Assembly: GCA_009914755.4 (NCBI GenBank)
Contig: CP068257.2
Location: 32,224,001-32,288,000, forward strand
Direction: 5' to 3'
DNA from: the human T2T-CHM13v2.0 reference genome, Homo sapiens
DNA length: 64,000 nucleotides
Under the pieces are notes generated by a model. It was given only the letters and a program-made list of their open reading frames with translations, was not told the DNA's origin and searched no databases. Positions 46,003 to 60,141 of this stretch are shown here, piece by piece. The position numbers and the translations under genes were made by a program. The first letter of the stretch is position 1; every line of letters begins with the position of its first letter.

Positions 46003-49000
46003 GCAGCGGGCTCAGGGTGTGCTCAGCAGGGTCCCAGCCCACGGCCACACATGCTGTCTGGAAATTGTATTCCTTTTCTAAGAAACCACCATTTGGTATT
46101 CAGTCACAGGGATATGGGATGGCAAAGACAGGCCCCTCAAAGCTCCTAGGAATCATTCTCGACAATCCTCCCTGCCCCGAAACAATTTCCTGTTTCATGA
46201 AACAAAGCTGTGTTTTCCTTTGTCCTCACTACAGGTCTCATTATGGCTTCTAGGGTCGCTGAAATCCCATAGCCCTCAACAGGGTGCAGCTGGGAGTCTA
46301 GCCCCTTCCCGGGCTTGAGGGATGGGTCTGGTTACTATAAAATAGATTTATAAATGCAATGTCTATATTTTTGGAGAACTCATGTAACCCTCCTGTTTCT
46401 TACATCCACCAGTCCCCAAGTAGACTTCTTGGCCTACAATGCCCAGTCCTTGGTGTGAGTTTAGAAACAATTATGACGGTCCTGTCATTGCTTCAGAATC
46501 CCATCTCTCCTGCAGGGAAATGCTGCCTAGAGCTGATCACTCGGTGAGACGGTCTGATCAGGCCCTGGCTTAGCTCTTTGAAGAGCTGGTCTATGGAAGT
46601 TTCCAGCATGTGCACCGTTATAGCCGTTCCTTCCCCCTCTAGGCCTTGTATTAATATATGTCAATGAAAACACACTGGTGTATTGTTGCGTGGATTCAGT
46701 TCTGATTCCCAGCATGCTTAGAATATGGTCACAGAAAGTCATTATCTAGAAAGTCACCCCTCTGCTGGATCAGATCACTACAGGTCACTGGAAAGGCAAC
46801 TTTACAATGTTGGGTCACTGGGTCTCGGTTGGCAGCCATGTTGGAAAAATCTCTTTTGGCTCGGAGGCCTGTGATATTTCATAGCAGCAGTCGTTGCTGG
46901 TGACCTGTTCTGTGCTTGAATGTGCTGAATCCTGATTGTTGTAGGACATTTCAACAGCTCTTTTTGGTACGTTCCCCAAAAAGCCATGTCCTAGATCCCC
47001 AAGGCGTGAAAAGGAAAAATATCAAGCTGGAGGTTGGGAAAGAAAATGAAGGCAGTCCATTATGTGGTGGGTGAAAGACCCTAGGAGGATGCAAGCCCCG
47101 CACATCCCGGGGCAAAGACCTAAGACACTTTTCCACCCTCCACCACCCCAACCTCACATAATATGCTTGTTGCAAGAGTCAGGACTTTATGACTATGTGC
47201 CAAGCTGTTTGGTTTGAGTTCTTTAATTTTTTTTTCCCTTAAATGCCAGGAGATCATCTGGTTAGTTAGATAGTAACTTGATTTGCTAATGAAAAGTGGG
47301 GGCCGTGTTTTGTTTGCATGTTAATATTCTCATAATCCTAGTTTGTTGTGGTCATGAAATGTCCTTTGCATGTTCTGTTGGTACTGGAGTCTAGCTTTCC
47401 TGTACTAGATGGTGTTCTCTTTGATTGTAGGTCCTTAGACTTTAATTAGGGTTATCAAAGTGCTTTCTAAATGATAGCATCAGCGTTGTGGCAGAGTACC
47501 TCCTTTGCTGGGAACTGAATGTGTAGTGTTATCATTTCCCATGAGAGCCCGGTCATACTTCAAGCAATTTTTTTAAAAGTGTGTGTTGGAAAGGACAACA
47601 AAGTTTACATTTCATACTTTTAAGAAATACTTTATTATTTATTTATTGAAGATAGTGTAGAATTTTGTATCAAGAACAACAGACATAAGTATTTTTTGAA
47701 ACAAGCAAATATACCCTGTAGTTAGAAACTTTCAACTGAACATGTTAGAGACCAAGTTTAACTTCAGGCATGCATTTGTTTACCATTTCCCAGCAGAAAA
47801 CATGGTTAAAATACTTTAAGTTTATATTTTTTGATGTTGTTAAGAAACTTTTAAATTAAATCTATAAATAGACATGCAACTCATGCTTTCCTATTTCTAT
47901 AACCAACACCGTTTGTTTAGTGTATTTATGAAAGATATGCTACCATGGTAGAAAGAAAAGTATTCAATGTGTAAATGGGGTAGTGTGGGTCACCATTCCG
48001 ATCTCTTTTTGTTTTCTGTCCTGTCTTTTCTTCATTGACTTTATTTGCGTGTTAATGTTGGACATCATTGTTCATGTAGGTAGCGTATGGTATGCACAAT
48101 GACAAACAATCGTTTTAGGTCCCAGGTCACCCACTCATAGTGTCCTATTATTGGAATTAATGTAGCATGAGAAAGCAATATGTGACTCTTTTTCCTCAAG
48201 TGACTCTGTTGAGCATCCTTGAGATGCTCCTGCCATGTAGCAAGTTCTGGATTAGTGTCCTTGTATTTACTGGTGTAATTTGTAATGTAACCAATTGTCC
48301 GTATGGAGGAGTCGGGCTGGCCCTCGGACCCAGCTGTGATTCATGAGTTGTGTCACAGGGATTGAGAAACATGGGTGATGCATGGAGTCTCAAACCATTG
48401 GGCCTCTCTGTTCCTTCACCTCTACCTTCTTGACCACCTGGGCTATATTTCATAGAAATTAAATGCTCCTTGCCAACAAGGAGTCTGTCTCCTAGCTCTT
48501 TGTTTTCTAAATATAGGAGTTCTCTAGGCCACTGCATCCCGGCATCCTGATCCCAGCCTTTTAGACACCCCTGCAAGCGTTCCTCTGCTCTGAGCCACAC
48601 TGCTAGCTTCTCCTGCACACTCTGATCTCCTTTAGCCCAAGAAGGGGCTGTGCTGGTCATAGGGTTATGCTGTAACCCTCAGTCTTCCCTGAGAACTGAA
48701 CTATCCTGGGACCTCTTGGGCTGAGCCTTCTTCACAGAGCAGTTCTCTAGAAGGCAGAGTCCACATCCTGGTCCCTCTGGGGCAGGGCCTGTCTGGCTGC
48801 TGGCATCACCCTGGCAGGTGGATGGACAGCATCATCTCCTGGAACCAGGTTTGCTGTGACCATGAGAGCCTGAAGATGTGGCTCATTCGGATCCAGGCCT
48901 GGACTAATCTGGAAAGAGGGACTTTCTAGGTGCAGGTCACCAGGGATGCTTGAGAAACTAGAGCCAGACTTCCTTGTTTGTTTGGATAATATGTCCCTGT

Positions 49001-49641
49001 CCTCTGATAGCAGAGGAAAGAGCTCTGCTCCCAAAGAACATTCATGTAAGAGGAGGCATTTTTTTCTTCTTTGCTTTTTTTAAACAACCTAAAGTATGAC
49101 CTAAGTGTATGAAACTAACTGATTTCTTTGGGTAGAGTAGCCCTGAATTTAACTGGGGAAAAAATCCCATCAGACTATGAGTAAATTGACCACCCACATT
49201 AAGTCTTATCTCGGTGACCTGGTACCAAAGCCCAGGTGTCCTCCAGGGGAGTATTCTGGGGTGGCAGGGGGATTAGGTGCTAGCGCCAGCAGGGAAGGAC
49301 ACTTGCAGGTCTGCCTTCCAAGGCTAAGCAGGCCGGCTGTCTCTCCAGGAACTGGCTAGGACAAGTGTAAAGCCACTGACCACACAGAACCAGGATGTTC
49401 TAGAATCTGATGGGGCTGAAGATGAAGGGAGAAATGGACAAGGCACTTCTGGCTTTATTGAAAAGGTGAAGCTCTTGGAGTATATTTTAGAGTAGGCCAG
49501 TACCTTGTATAAGCAGAAAAAGACTTCTCTATCTCCACTCCAAGTCGTTTTTTTCTAGTTGATTGGGCCTTTTTGATTGATAAGAAGAAAATGTGTTTTG
49601 TACGTGTAACAACTTTAAGAATTTCCATTGGAAACAAAGTA

Positions 49642-49662
49642 TGATTTGATTTGATTTGATTT
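49642..49662. repeat. (GATTT)4 repeat
   Basis: 'gatttgatttgatttgattt'. Confidence 0.85.
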
Positions 49663-51009
49663 CTAAGTTCTCCCTTCCTTTTCAAGGTTAGCGATGTGCT
49701 TTATAGCAGACACTAGCACTTTTACATGAATACCTGGTGTGCTTTGGATGTAACAGGGTCATTTTGGGCTCGAGGTGAGTGTGCAATTAGCAGCGGGTCT
49801 GCTTGGTCCAGATATGCTTGTTTACAAGTTTAGAGCATCCTATGCCAGAAAGTGAGATGAAAACAAAGGCACCTGGATTGCTTTGTTTTGCTTTTAGATA
49901 AAAGAGCTTTAGCTCACACCAGGCAGAAGCATAACCAGTAGCCCCAGAAACCGGTAGCATGATGAAGCCCTCAGACAGTATAGTCTGAGCCACCATAAGA
50001 GGCATTAGGGAAAACTAACACCTCCTTCTTTTTGCACCGTGGGGTGCTGAAATTCCTGCTAGAGACTTCCCGTTACTTCCATGAATGGCCCAGGGGCTGC
50101 TTAGTATATCATTAGAATGTTCATTCTCCTCCTTTTCCCTGGAGTGGACCAGTGAGACCAAATGCTTGTGTTTCTCTATGTTTTCAGTTCATTTGTTCAA
50201 ATGACACAGAAGATGAATCCATTTCTGGGAAGGCTGAGCTCAGATGAGGATTGCTAGGCCAGCCTAGGTTCTGGGGCGGATCTCAGGGACAGAAACAGGC
50301 TTGTATTAAGTATGAGTGGCAGGTACTTCTCTAGAACAGCCCTAACCTGCACTAGTGAGGGGGGCTCAGGAATTCCCATGACATTGATCTAGCAGCCTCC
50401 TGCACGTAGACACTCAGTTCATTTTAGGGACGTTCAATGCTTGATCAAATGGGGGGCATTTTCTTTCTTTCTTTTTTTCCCCAGCTACAGTGTAATTGCC
50501 TACCTGCCTGGGCCCCTTCTAGAGGAAGGTGGGCTTTCCTTGTCCGTCAGGCTGCACTCATGAGGTGATATCGTAAAGCAGCAGAAAGACTGAGGGTGCA
50601 AAGAAACCACAGCTGCCATTCACGGGGCAGCTCCCTCTAGCTCTTCTGCCCAGTGACCTTACAGGCTTTAGAGGAGCCTGATGAGAGCTATCCTGGGGGC
50701 CAAGGGATGCATTCCCTGCAGCTTCCTCCTGGGGGACCCACAGGTCAGCCCATTCCAGGAGAAGCAGTCTTAGGCCCGTTTACATCCCCTGCCACTGCCA
50801 TGTGCCTGCCAGCCCGGTTTCTGATGAAGACGTGGCTCAGTCCCTGCTCTCCTTGTCGCAGTGGCTTGTACTTCATGTGCAGTAGCCCAGGGCCCGCCTT
50901 CTAGAGTGAATGTTTCCCTCGGGCCCTTGGATATTTTTATTCTATTTTGAATGGTTCCGATCAATTAATGTTGCTTTGTGTGGGGTTCTTCAGAGAAATA
51001 ATGCAAACC

Positions 51010-51362
<353 letters not shown>

Positions 51363-51821
51363 TCAACTTAATGGCGCCCCACAGCTTCCTCTGGATCCTG
51401 CTTCTTTGTACTTGGAACACAGTTTATTTGAGCTAGAGGAAAGGAAAGTTCTAGAATTCCTGTTTCCTCAGCCTGCACTGTATCAGATCCAGGATATGTC
51501 TGCATTTCATCAGGATCAAGTAAGATACATAACCTTATATCTGTAGGAGCCAGAAAAAAAATCTATTCCTGATAGGCATGGAAACTTAGTCCACATGAAA
51601 GACAGAAGACATCTAACAGCTGTCTGTCTTGGGAGCATTAAAACCCAGACACCAAGACACACTAGACAGTCCATCTCTGGGTTGTGATCTCTCAGAAACA
51701 TCTTAGTAGTTAATGCACTGTTCATTTAGGGAGTCCCCATCCTGGTCCAGGCCACCCTCCTAGAAGCTGGGCGGCAGCTGGACGGGCCTACCTTGGTGGC
51801 ATTCAAGCAAGCCTAATTGGA

Positions 51822-51873
51822 TTAGGTTGGTGCAAAAGTGATTGCGGTTTTTGCCATTGCTTTTGATGGCAAA
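51822..51873. mobile_element. MADE1 (Hsmar1-derived mariner MITE) half-element inside the ITSN1 3'UTR
   Basis: 'ttaggttggtgcaaaagtgattgcggtttttgccattgcttttgatggcaaa' matches the MADE1 terminal consensus TTAGGTTGGTGCAAAAGTAATTGCGGTTTTTGCCATT. The second palindrome arm is missing. Confidence 0.6.
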
Positions 51874-53099
51874 CTAACTTTAAGTCATTAAAATAAGACC
51901 CAACGCTTATAAAAGAGTTCATATCCACCTCCCAATAACTTCTTTAGTTCCATGCAGCCTCAATCAGTTCCTCCATTCAAAGGAACCCTCTTTACCCTGG
52001 CCCTGGGGGAGCCATATTACACCCACATCATAATTTTTCTGACACTATGTGTGCTTGTCAAATTTCAGGGTCAGTTTCCCCTTATTGGATGTCAGGGGTG
52101 TTTTGTGAGTTGTGTTTTAATAGGATTCTGTTCGATTTTCTATACCAGCCTATATTGTTACTATCATCTGCCTAGTATGAATATTTTAGTATTCAAAGCC
52201 CACCAGATAAAGCTGTGTTCAGAAGTGGACTTTTTGGTCAGCCTTGAAAAAAAAAAAATCAGCATTTCTCTGATATTTCCTGAGGATTAACCAGAAACTA
52301 AGGTTTCTTTTTAGGCAGTGGTAAGAATGCGTATTTTCTTCTTCCAGAAGTTCTGGTTTTATACTTTTATCTTTTGAAAGAATAACATTCCTGTGCGACT
52401 CTGCTTCTCTTCGCTTTTGCATTTCTCTTTTTAAACTCAAATCTCTTATTTCCTGCCGTTCCTGTATCTAAACAGAATGGGGGCCTCAGGCAGACAGGAA
52501 CCAAAGAAAGGGTGTAGTGGCTTTGCAGCGTTGGGTGAGCAGCAGCCGCTGCCATTCTGTGCACTGTCACCGGCGGGGGTGGAGGGTCTCCCTGTAGGAG
52601 GAGGAAACTCGCTGTTTTCACTGGCAGATTTCAAGGTGCCGGCTCCACCTACCGCAGCTGCTAGGCATTGCTCTTGTGTAGATCGCAGAAGGAGTTATTG
52701 GTGATGTGGGGTGTAGGGGAAGACAGGAAAACGGACTCAGAGCTAGGAATGTGGGCCTGGCAGAGACCGAAGGCTGGGTGGGAAGGAAGCTCGCGGCGAG
52801 CCTAGGGTTCAAGCCTAGCGCGCCAGGGGTCTCCAGTGAGACCTTGCTCTTCCCTGCCGCTGAGGCTGGGGCTGCACGGAGGTCCTCAGGCTTCCCACCC
52901 TTTCTGCATCAGCTTTAGTGTCTGTCGGCTGGGTGGACTGCAGGGCAGGTGACCTGGAGGAGGCCCTGCTCCCCAGCAAGCGTTCTAGGAGTTACGGTGT
53001 GCTCTATTGGGATTGGATTACAGTCTCTACTTGTAGACTTTGACTTCTGGAATTTTAGGTGGAAGGGAATTTTTGTTGGTGGGACGCAGCAGCTCAGTG

Positions 53100-53443
53100 C
53101 GTGGTGTGTGCATGCGTGTTTGTGCGTGTGTGTGCGTGTGTGTGCATGTATGTGTTTGTGTGTGCACGTGTGCGTGTGTGTGCATGGGTTTGCGTGCATG
53201 CATGTGTGTGCGTGCGCGTGTTTGTGTGTGCATGTGTGTGCGTGTCTACGTGTGTGTGCACGCATGTGTGTGCGTGTATGTGTGCGTGTGTGCATGTTTG
53301 TGAGTGCATGTTTGTGCGTGTGTGCGTATTTGCGTGTGTGTGCGTGTGTGTATGTGCGTGTATGCATGTGCATGTTTGTGTGTGCGTGCATATGTGTATG
53401 TGTGTGCGCGTGCGTGTGCGTGCATGTGTGCGCATGCGTGTGT
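53100..53443. repeat. About 340-bp imperfect alternating purine/pyrimidine (GTGYGTGT/GCATGT)n tract in the ITSN1 3'UTR
   Basis: A continuous run of gtgtgtg / gcgtgtg / gcatgtg units. Confidence 0.9.
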
Positions 53444-56400
53444 ACCTACCCACACCTAGGGGGATGCATGGCTCTGTGCCTTGGAGAGGGAAACAGGAAA
53501 TACGTTGCTCCACAGTCCTGTCATCCTGGTCAGGACTACTCGCGTGGTTTGCGGACAGAGTGCAAAATGAAAATGCGAGGCCCCTTGTTCAGGTGATGAA
53601 GCATTTCTAGACAGTGAGAGGAGAGCATTAAGCCAAGCTCAGGTCCCTTCTGAGTGCATAGCCTCTTGTGGCTGCCAGGCAGCACACCCAGGAGGCCGGC
53701 CCTGACCACACTGTTCTCTGCTGGTTCCCGAAGCCGATGGGCTCTGTCTTAGGTCTTCTTACTTTGAAAGGTCTCCCGGCAGGCTGTGGCAAGCTGCGCG
53801 GATACACTTTTCTAAACGTCTGCATTTATTTCCTAAAAGCACAAATGGCCTGGACTAGCTAGTGGGTGTGGAACCGAGCCCCTAGTTCACAGCTGTACCC
53901 CAAGGCTGGAGAGGGGGTTGCCGGTGGTGGCAGGAGCTCTGGGCTCCCAGTTCAGGATGGGCCACAGGGCGTCAAGCAGCTGTGAGCCTTTACCATTGAG
54001 CTCACTGCTTGGAAATAAAACCCTTCCTCTGGGCCTTGGGCATCCACCGGGAGCTTTTCTCCCCTTTCCTGGGAGGACAGCAAGCCTTTTCCAACCTTCT
54101 GCCTTCAAAGAGAAGCAGGGTCATAGAAGTGCTCAGTGTCCCTTCCCCAGTGGCTGGACACTTGCTCCTCCAGCCTTCACCCCCTGGAGAGAAGGGGAGT
54201 CTGCGGAGCCAGTGCCTCCCTGCCCAGCTGGGCCACACGATCTGGTCTGCGGGTGTCTGGGAGGAACCTGCTTCGGAGAGGCTGCGACCTCCCAGCTAGA
54301 CTCTCCCCTTAGGATCCCATGTATGGGGATGGTAGGAGAGAAAAGATCCCTCTGTGTAAGTAGCCTCAAGTTCTAGAAGACCATGGCCCCGGGAGGCAGC
54401 TGACCATGAAGCTGGGCTTCCTGTTGTTGCTTTCTTTCACGAGCTTTTACTTTTCCTGGGCTGGACGCTCCAAAATGTTTGCAGTTCCATTTGCTTTTTG
54501 CAAGTAGGTCCCCATCTCCATATACATTGAGCAATAATCCTCACTATGTTTCCTGATTCTGTCTGGGATTATATTTGCTAAGTAAAAATGTTGACAGAAA
54601 TTGCAAACTCATCTCACCTGGATTTGATTGAGTCACCTTGAATGACATAACAAATTATGGCTTTGTTTTCATGCGTCATGCAATCTTCCGGACTACGGGA
54701 AGTTCTGCAAGTGTTCTCCAGGGGCATTTCATTAATAGCGTGTCAGCATTAGTTTTAATGAATGAACATTTGAGGTACATTCTATAAATCAATATCCTTA
54801 AAATGTCATCTGCTAAACATTCACTGTGACAGAAAGTAGATATTTTAGCAAGATCTATGTTAATGCTACTTAATTTTAGACATGCATTTAAAGCCTACAT
54901 GGCCAATAGCCCAAGTATCTTTGAACTGTGAAATCAACCTCAGATCTCATCTGCTGTAGCCCCGCAAGCCGGAGTCTGTGCCCTCCATGACCCTTCTTAT
55001 CCCTTGGTGGCCCTGCATAGATAGGGGAGTTGGCCCCTGCCCACCCCGTGTTGTATTGCCTTAGCTCCATCAGCTTTGTACCCTCACACGTATAGGTGGT
55101 GAACTTATGTGTAAATACATGTGTACAGATGAGAAACTGCAACAAAAATGTCCTGTGGATGATAACCAGCTCAGTTTCCGGTTTTCTACATTCTGTGCTG
55201 TTTCCAGCTAAGAAAAAGGCGAACTCCCACTATATAAAGGGAAAAGGTTGTATTCATTTCATGTTCCTCATGAAATCTCTGCTGTATGTTTATGGAATGG
55301 CCATGACTAAATGTATATATGGTATGTAAGAGGCCATGCTGTTAAATGTTGCATAAACTAACACAGATTCTGTAGTCAAAAATATTTAACTTGTTATTGT
55401 AAAATGTGATTTGTCATTGAGAGATTATTTTTCTGTATGTATATGAGAGTATTTTAGGAATCTAATTTAAGTGCATAAAACTATAGAAAAAAATTTAAAA
55501 CCTATTCCAAGAGTAGAAAATGCTTAATGAGATTACTTGGGTTCAACTCAACTAAATTTCTTATATTAAAAAAAAATTCCAAGTTGTATATGTTAGAAAT
55601 CAAATGAGTCATTTTTTTTCCTGCAGGAAATATGATAAATTTCAGTGTAATGGATGGTGGCGTGATCAAATGAAAAGTATCCTGTAGCTATGACCTCGCA
55701 TGGGACCTTGGTGTTGCATTAAAAATGGATTTTTGCAGATCACATATCTGAGAGGGTACTTGTGTCAGGAAGGATGAGAGGATAGGGAGCCTGTTTTTCA
55801 TCAGATCCATGTGCCACGCAGGCTTCCTTGGGTTCTAGTGGATTTGTTAGGGATCTGGGGCTGACGCAGCTATCCCACTAGAGAGGCCACTCTCTGACTT
55901 CCAGGTCGCCCTTTCTACTTCTGTATCTGGATTGATTCAGTTTATCCCTAATTAGCGTTTGCGTTTTCCATGAAATTTCCTGATGCATCCTCACTGTCTT
56001 CAACTGTTGCATAGCCAGGTGGGTGGATGGATGGTTTAGGGTTTCTGAGTTAAGCCGTTTTGGGGCAGGCTTCTGGATGCCCATGTTTCCATGGAGACCC
56101 CAGGGGGAAGATGCCTTCCTCCCGTCTGCATTCCCAGAAAAGGATCAGAAGTCCAGGCTGCTTCTGGGGCACAGACTTTCTGTACTTGGCCACCAGAAGT
56201 GCCCCTTAGGCCACCTAAGGAGGATTCTGTGAAACTCAATGTCTAAACCCCTGAGAAAGGCATTCAGAAATGATTTCAGGAGGGGGCAACCCCAGGAGTC
56301 CAGCCTCCCCTGGCAGCCTGGAAATACTGCAGTAACAAAAAGAGCTGGTTTCTGGTGATCTGAATGCATTGTGTTTGGGGGTGACACCGCTGGTGGAAGG

Positions 56401-57544
56401 TTGAGGGCCTGTGGTCTGAAAAGACATCTGAAGAATGTGTTAGGTTTTCAACATTTCTTTGAACAGGCTGCGTGCATCTTAATGCTGTCAACCAGCAACT
56501 GGAGCCCCTTTTTTGAGAGGCCCGAACCAGTAAAGCTGCTGACTTCAGGAGTATGGGAAGCTGTGATTTCTGGAAGCTTCCTGGAATCTATTTAGGTGCA
56601 TGAATAATCTGCAAATCACTTAGAGGCACTGTCCATGTGGTCCATAACTGGCTTTATTCCCAAAGATGGAGCTGTTCAGAGATTTCTTTGTTCAGGCGCA
56701 GCCTTGGAAGGCCACCTAAGGCCTGCCAGCAGAGGAGATGAGCTCTGGTCTACCAACCCCAAACAGGCCCTGACTCTCCTTCCTTAGAACGATGCCCTCT
56801 GGCTGGGGTGGCAAGAGGGCTGTGAGTGGAAACAAGTCAGCCAGTCAACTGTCCCTTGGGCCTTGGTTGTTTCAAAAAAGTCTGGGGACAAGAAAAGCTA
56901 GAACATGGGGCCCTCCCTTCCCAGGAGTGCTAGCGAACCCTCCCAGATAGCCTTTGCCTGTTTGGAAAAGAATGTAATCCATCAGAACGTGAGCTCCTTG
57001 TGCTTCCAGTGACAAGCGGGCCACAGTGCTGGTGGCATGTTGCTTCCCTCACAGCCCTGCCCAGGGGTAGGACCAGGCCCGCCCCTTGATGGATGTGCTG
57101 TTGATTGTAATATACTTCTGTTGCCAAATAATGGTACTGTTTAATTTTCCATAAAAGAGAGACTATATTGTCTGATATGTAATGTTAATGGAATTCTAAG
57201 AATTACTAGACACTATTATAAATTGTAGACTTACGTATTTGTCTAAAGGTTTGATGAAGCAGGGCCAAAACATTGTTTCTTCTTTTTTGTTTGAAAGAAG
57301 CTGAGGTTTGTTTTTGCTGTTTGAGTGTTCCTTTGGCAACTTATTATGTGTGAAATGTTAAATTTTACCGATTAAGATGATGGTAACTGAGACCTTTCTT
57401 TAAACCAGTAGCAACATCAGTACAAATTGCTCTTCCTGTGTATCTTGAACCTAAAAAGAACAATCTCTTCAAAAACAAAAACAAAAACAAAAAACAACTC
57501 TTTGGTCATTTTGACCTGTGTGGTTTAAATTCAAATAGTTCATG

Positions 57545-57550
57545 AATAAA
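57545..57550 (+). promoter_or_regulatory. ITSN1: Candidate distal poly(A) signal AATAAA for ITSN1-L
   Basis: AATAAA is followed within 30 nt by a U/GU-rich stretch (tgttatagtggattattttgggttctttctg). Confidence 0.4.
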
Positions 57551-58274
57551 AGGAGAAAAGCCAATCTGTTATAGTGGATTATTTTGGGTTCTTTCTGCTT
57601 CACTCTTTTCTGAGAGCACAGGAAGCTAACAGCCCTGCAAATGGTGTCTCTTCCTCTTCCCACAGATAAGATTGTAGCTGTGCAAGGAAAATTGTGCAGA
57701 AATAAACCTAGAAAACAAAACCAACCAACAACCCTTTCAGCTGTCCTGCGGCTTCAGATAAATGTTAGCTAACACCAAGCAGAAATAGATGTCTGTGTAC
57801 GAAGTCTTTGTGAGAACAGGAGAAGTTTTGTGTTGTACAGCATAAGAAATTCTGAGGGTGGGGTTGAGAGGGCGGTGCAAAAAGCTGATTTTCTTATAAA
57901 GACATTCAGAAGGGTCGCTGAATTTCCAGGAAGAAGTTTCTAACACACGTAACTCCACGTGTTCAGCACTTGGGTGATCTATAATTCTGCGTTCCATAAA
58001 ACCCAACGCTGAATTGTATTAGGTTGTTTCCTCCTGTTCTGGTTTTAAGGCCATTCCTACCTATTTCATCACTGATTTAACTGACTATAAATAAGTCCTT
58101 TAAATTCTCTAGCTGGCTTGGACACTAGTTGAATTGTGACATAGCACATTTTTAAAAAGTTGACCCTACAGCAGTATGTCTTTGCCTTTTTAAAACTAGT
58201 ATGCCCCATTTTTGAAGAACATAAAATCGTATGCCCTTTTCTTGGTTGTTATTTGAAGTTTTAAAAATAAGTTA

Positions 58275-58594
<320 letters not shown>

Positions 58595-58943
58595 TTAACT
58601 TTCCCAACTATACCTAGTTCTCTCCAAGTCTGATGAGGGCCCCCTCACACAGACCAGAGAGTGGATGGAATCACTAGTACAAAACATGTAATTATTACCT
58701 ATTTAACCACGGTTAGTAGCCAGCATAATCAAGGCAATACTTTTTATTCTCAAATATTTAGTTTTTCTTCTTGTTACAGAAGTAATACTTGTTAATGCAG
58801 AAAATTCAGCAAGGAAAGAAAAACACAAAGGAAATAAAATCACTTAATGGAGATGTTCTTCTACACAAAAATAAAGGTTTTGATGCACTTCATTTCTGTA
58901 TTTTTTGTGTGTGTGTGCATTTTAAATACTCTTGTACTATTTA

Positions 58944-58995
58944 TTTATTTATGAGACGGAGTCTTGCTCTTGTCACCCTGGCTGCGCTCGGCCTC
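58944..58995 (-). mobile_element. Short Alu fragment
   Basis: 'tttatttatttatgagacggagtcttgctcttgtcaccctggctg'. Confidence 0.6.
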
Positions 58996-59100
58996 TTGTA
59001 CTATTTAATAGCTAATATGCATCGAAAATATCCCATATACAAGGGACTGTAAAACTTTCACCTTGATTTTAAAAAAATACTGTGAAGAAAATCATTGTAG

Positions 59101-59412
<312 letters not shown>

Positions 59413-60036
59413 CTAGGTTCTCTCTGGTGACCTCGTAAGGCGACATATGAAGGGCCTCATCATTCCCCAAGATTGTATGTGCTTGATCAACAGGAAGCTT
59501 GCTGAGTTTGACTCTGAAGGATCTGGGCAGCATTAGCAGCATGAGGCTCCCGCAAAGACGGTTTGTCCATTGGCAGTCACATGTCTGTAGGAGCTGTGAT
59601 TGTGTGTATGATGCCACCTTCTGCAGAGCAGGCCTCACTGCAGGCAGGAGGCAGGCAGTGAGTCTGGGGGAACCTGGAATGTGGTCATGGTTAGGTTGCA
59701 GACTCAGCTGCGGAGACAGAACTCAATATCCCGTGGCTTTGAAGAGAGGTCTATTTCTTCATCGTGTTTAACAGCCCAGGGGCAGCAGTAAGGCTTGGCA
59801 GGGTGGCTCTGCCCTTGGCATCGCTTGCCATCTTGTCTGCATCTAGCTAGAGGGATGGACTAAGGATTGCTCAAGAGGGCAGTCCAGGAAGGCACACCTC
59901 GCTTCCTCCCCTTTCCCATTTGCCAGAACTCAGCACCAAGGTCAGGTGCTGCCAGAGGCTCAAGAATGTGGTCTCTAGCTGAGTAGCCCTAGGCCCACCT
60001 AAAAGGTGGCTGAATGGTCTTCGGGCCAGCCAGCAG

Positions 60037-60141
60037 CCTCAGCACTCCTGGTTCCTGGAAAGGTTGAGGGGCCTCAGCACTCCTGGTTCCTGGAAAGGTT
60101 GAGGGGCCTCAGCACTCCTGGTTCCTGGAAAGGTTGAGGGG
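60037..60141. repeat. Perfect 35-bp x 3 tandem repeat in the ITSN1–ATP5PO intergenic region
   Basis: 'cctcagcactcctggttcctggaaaggttgagggg' occurs three times head to tail. Confidence 0.95.

Noticed and set aside
52915-53610. Several long ORFs on both strands: His/Thr-rich 'HTHTHTH...' and Cys/Val-rich 'VCVCACV...', up to 215 aa.
   Set aside because: They are generated entirely by the imperfect (GTGYGT)n tract. They have extreme low-complexity composition, no start context, and lie in the ITSN1 3'UTR.
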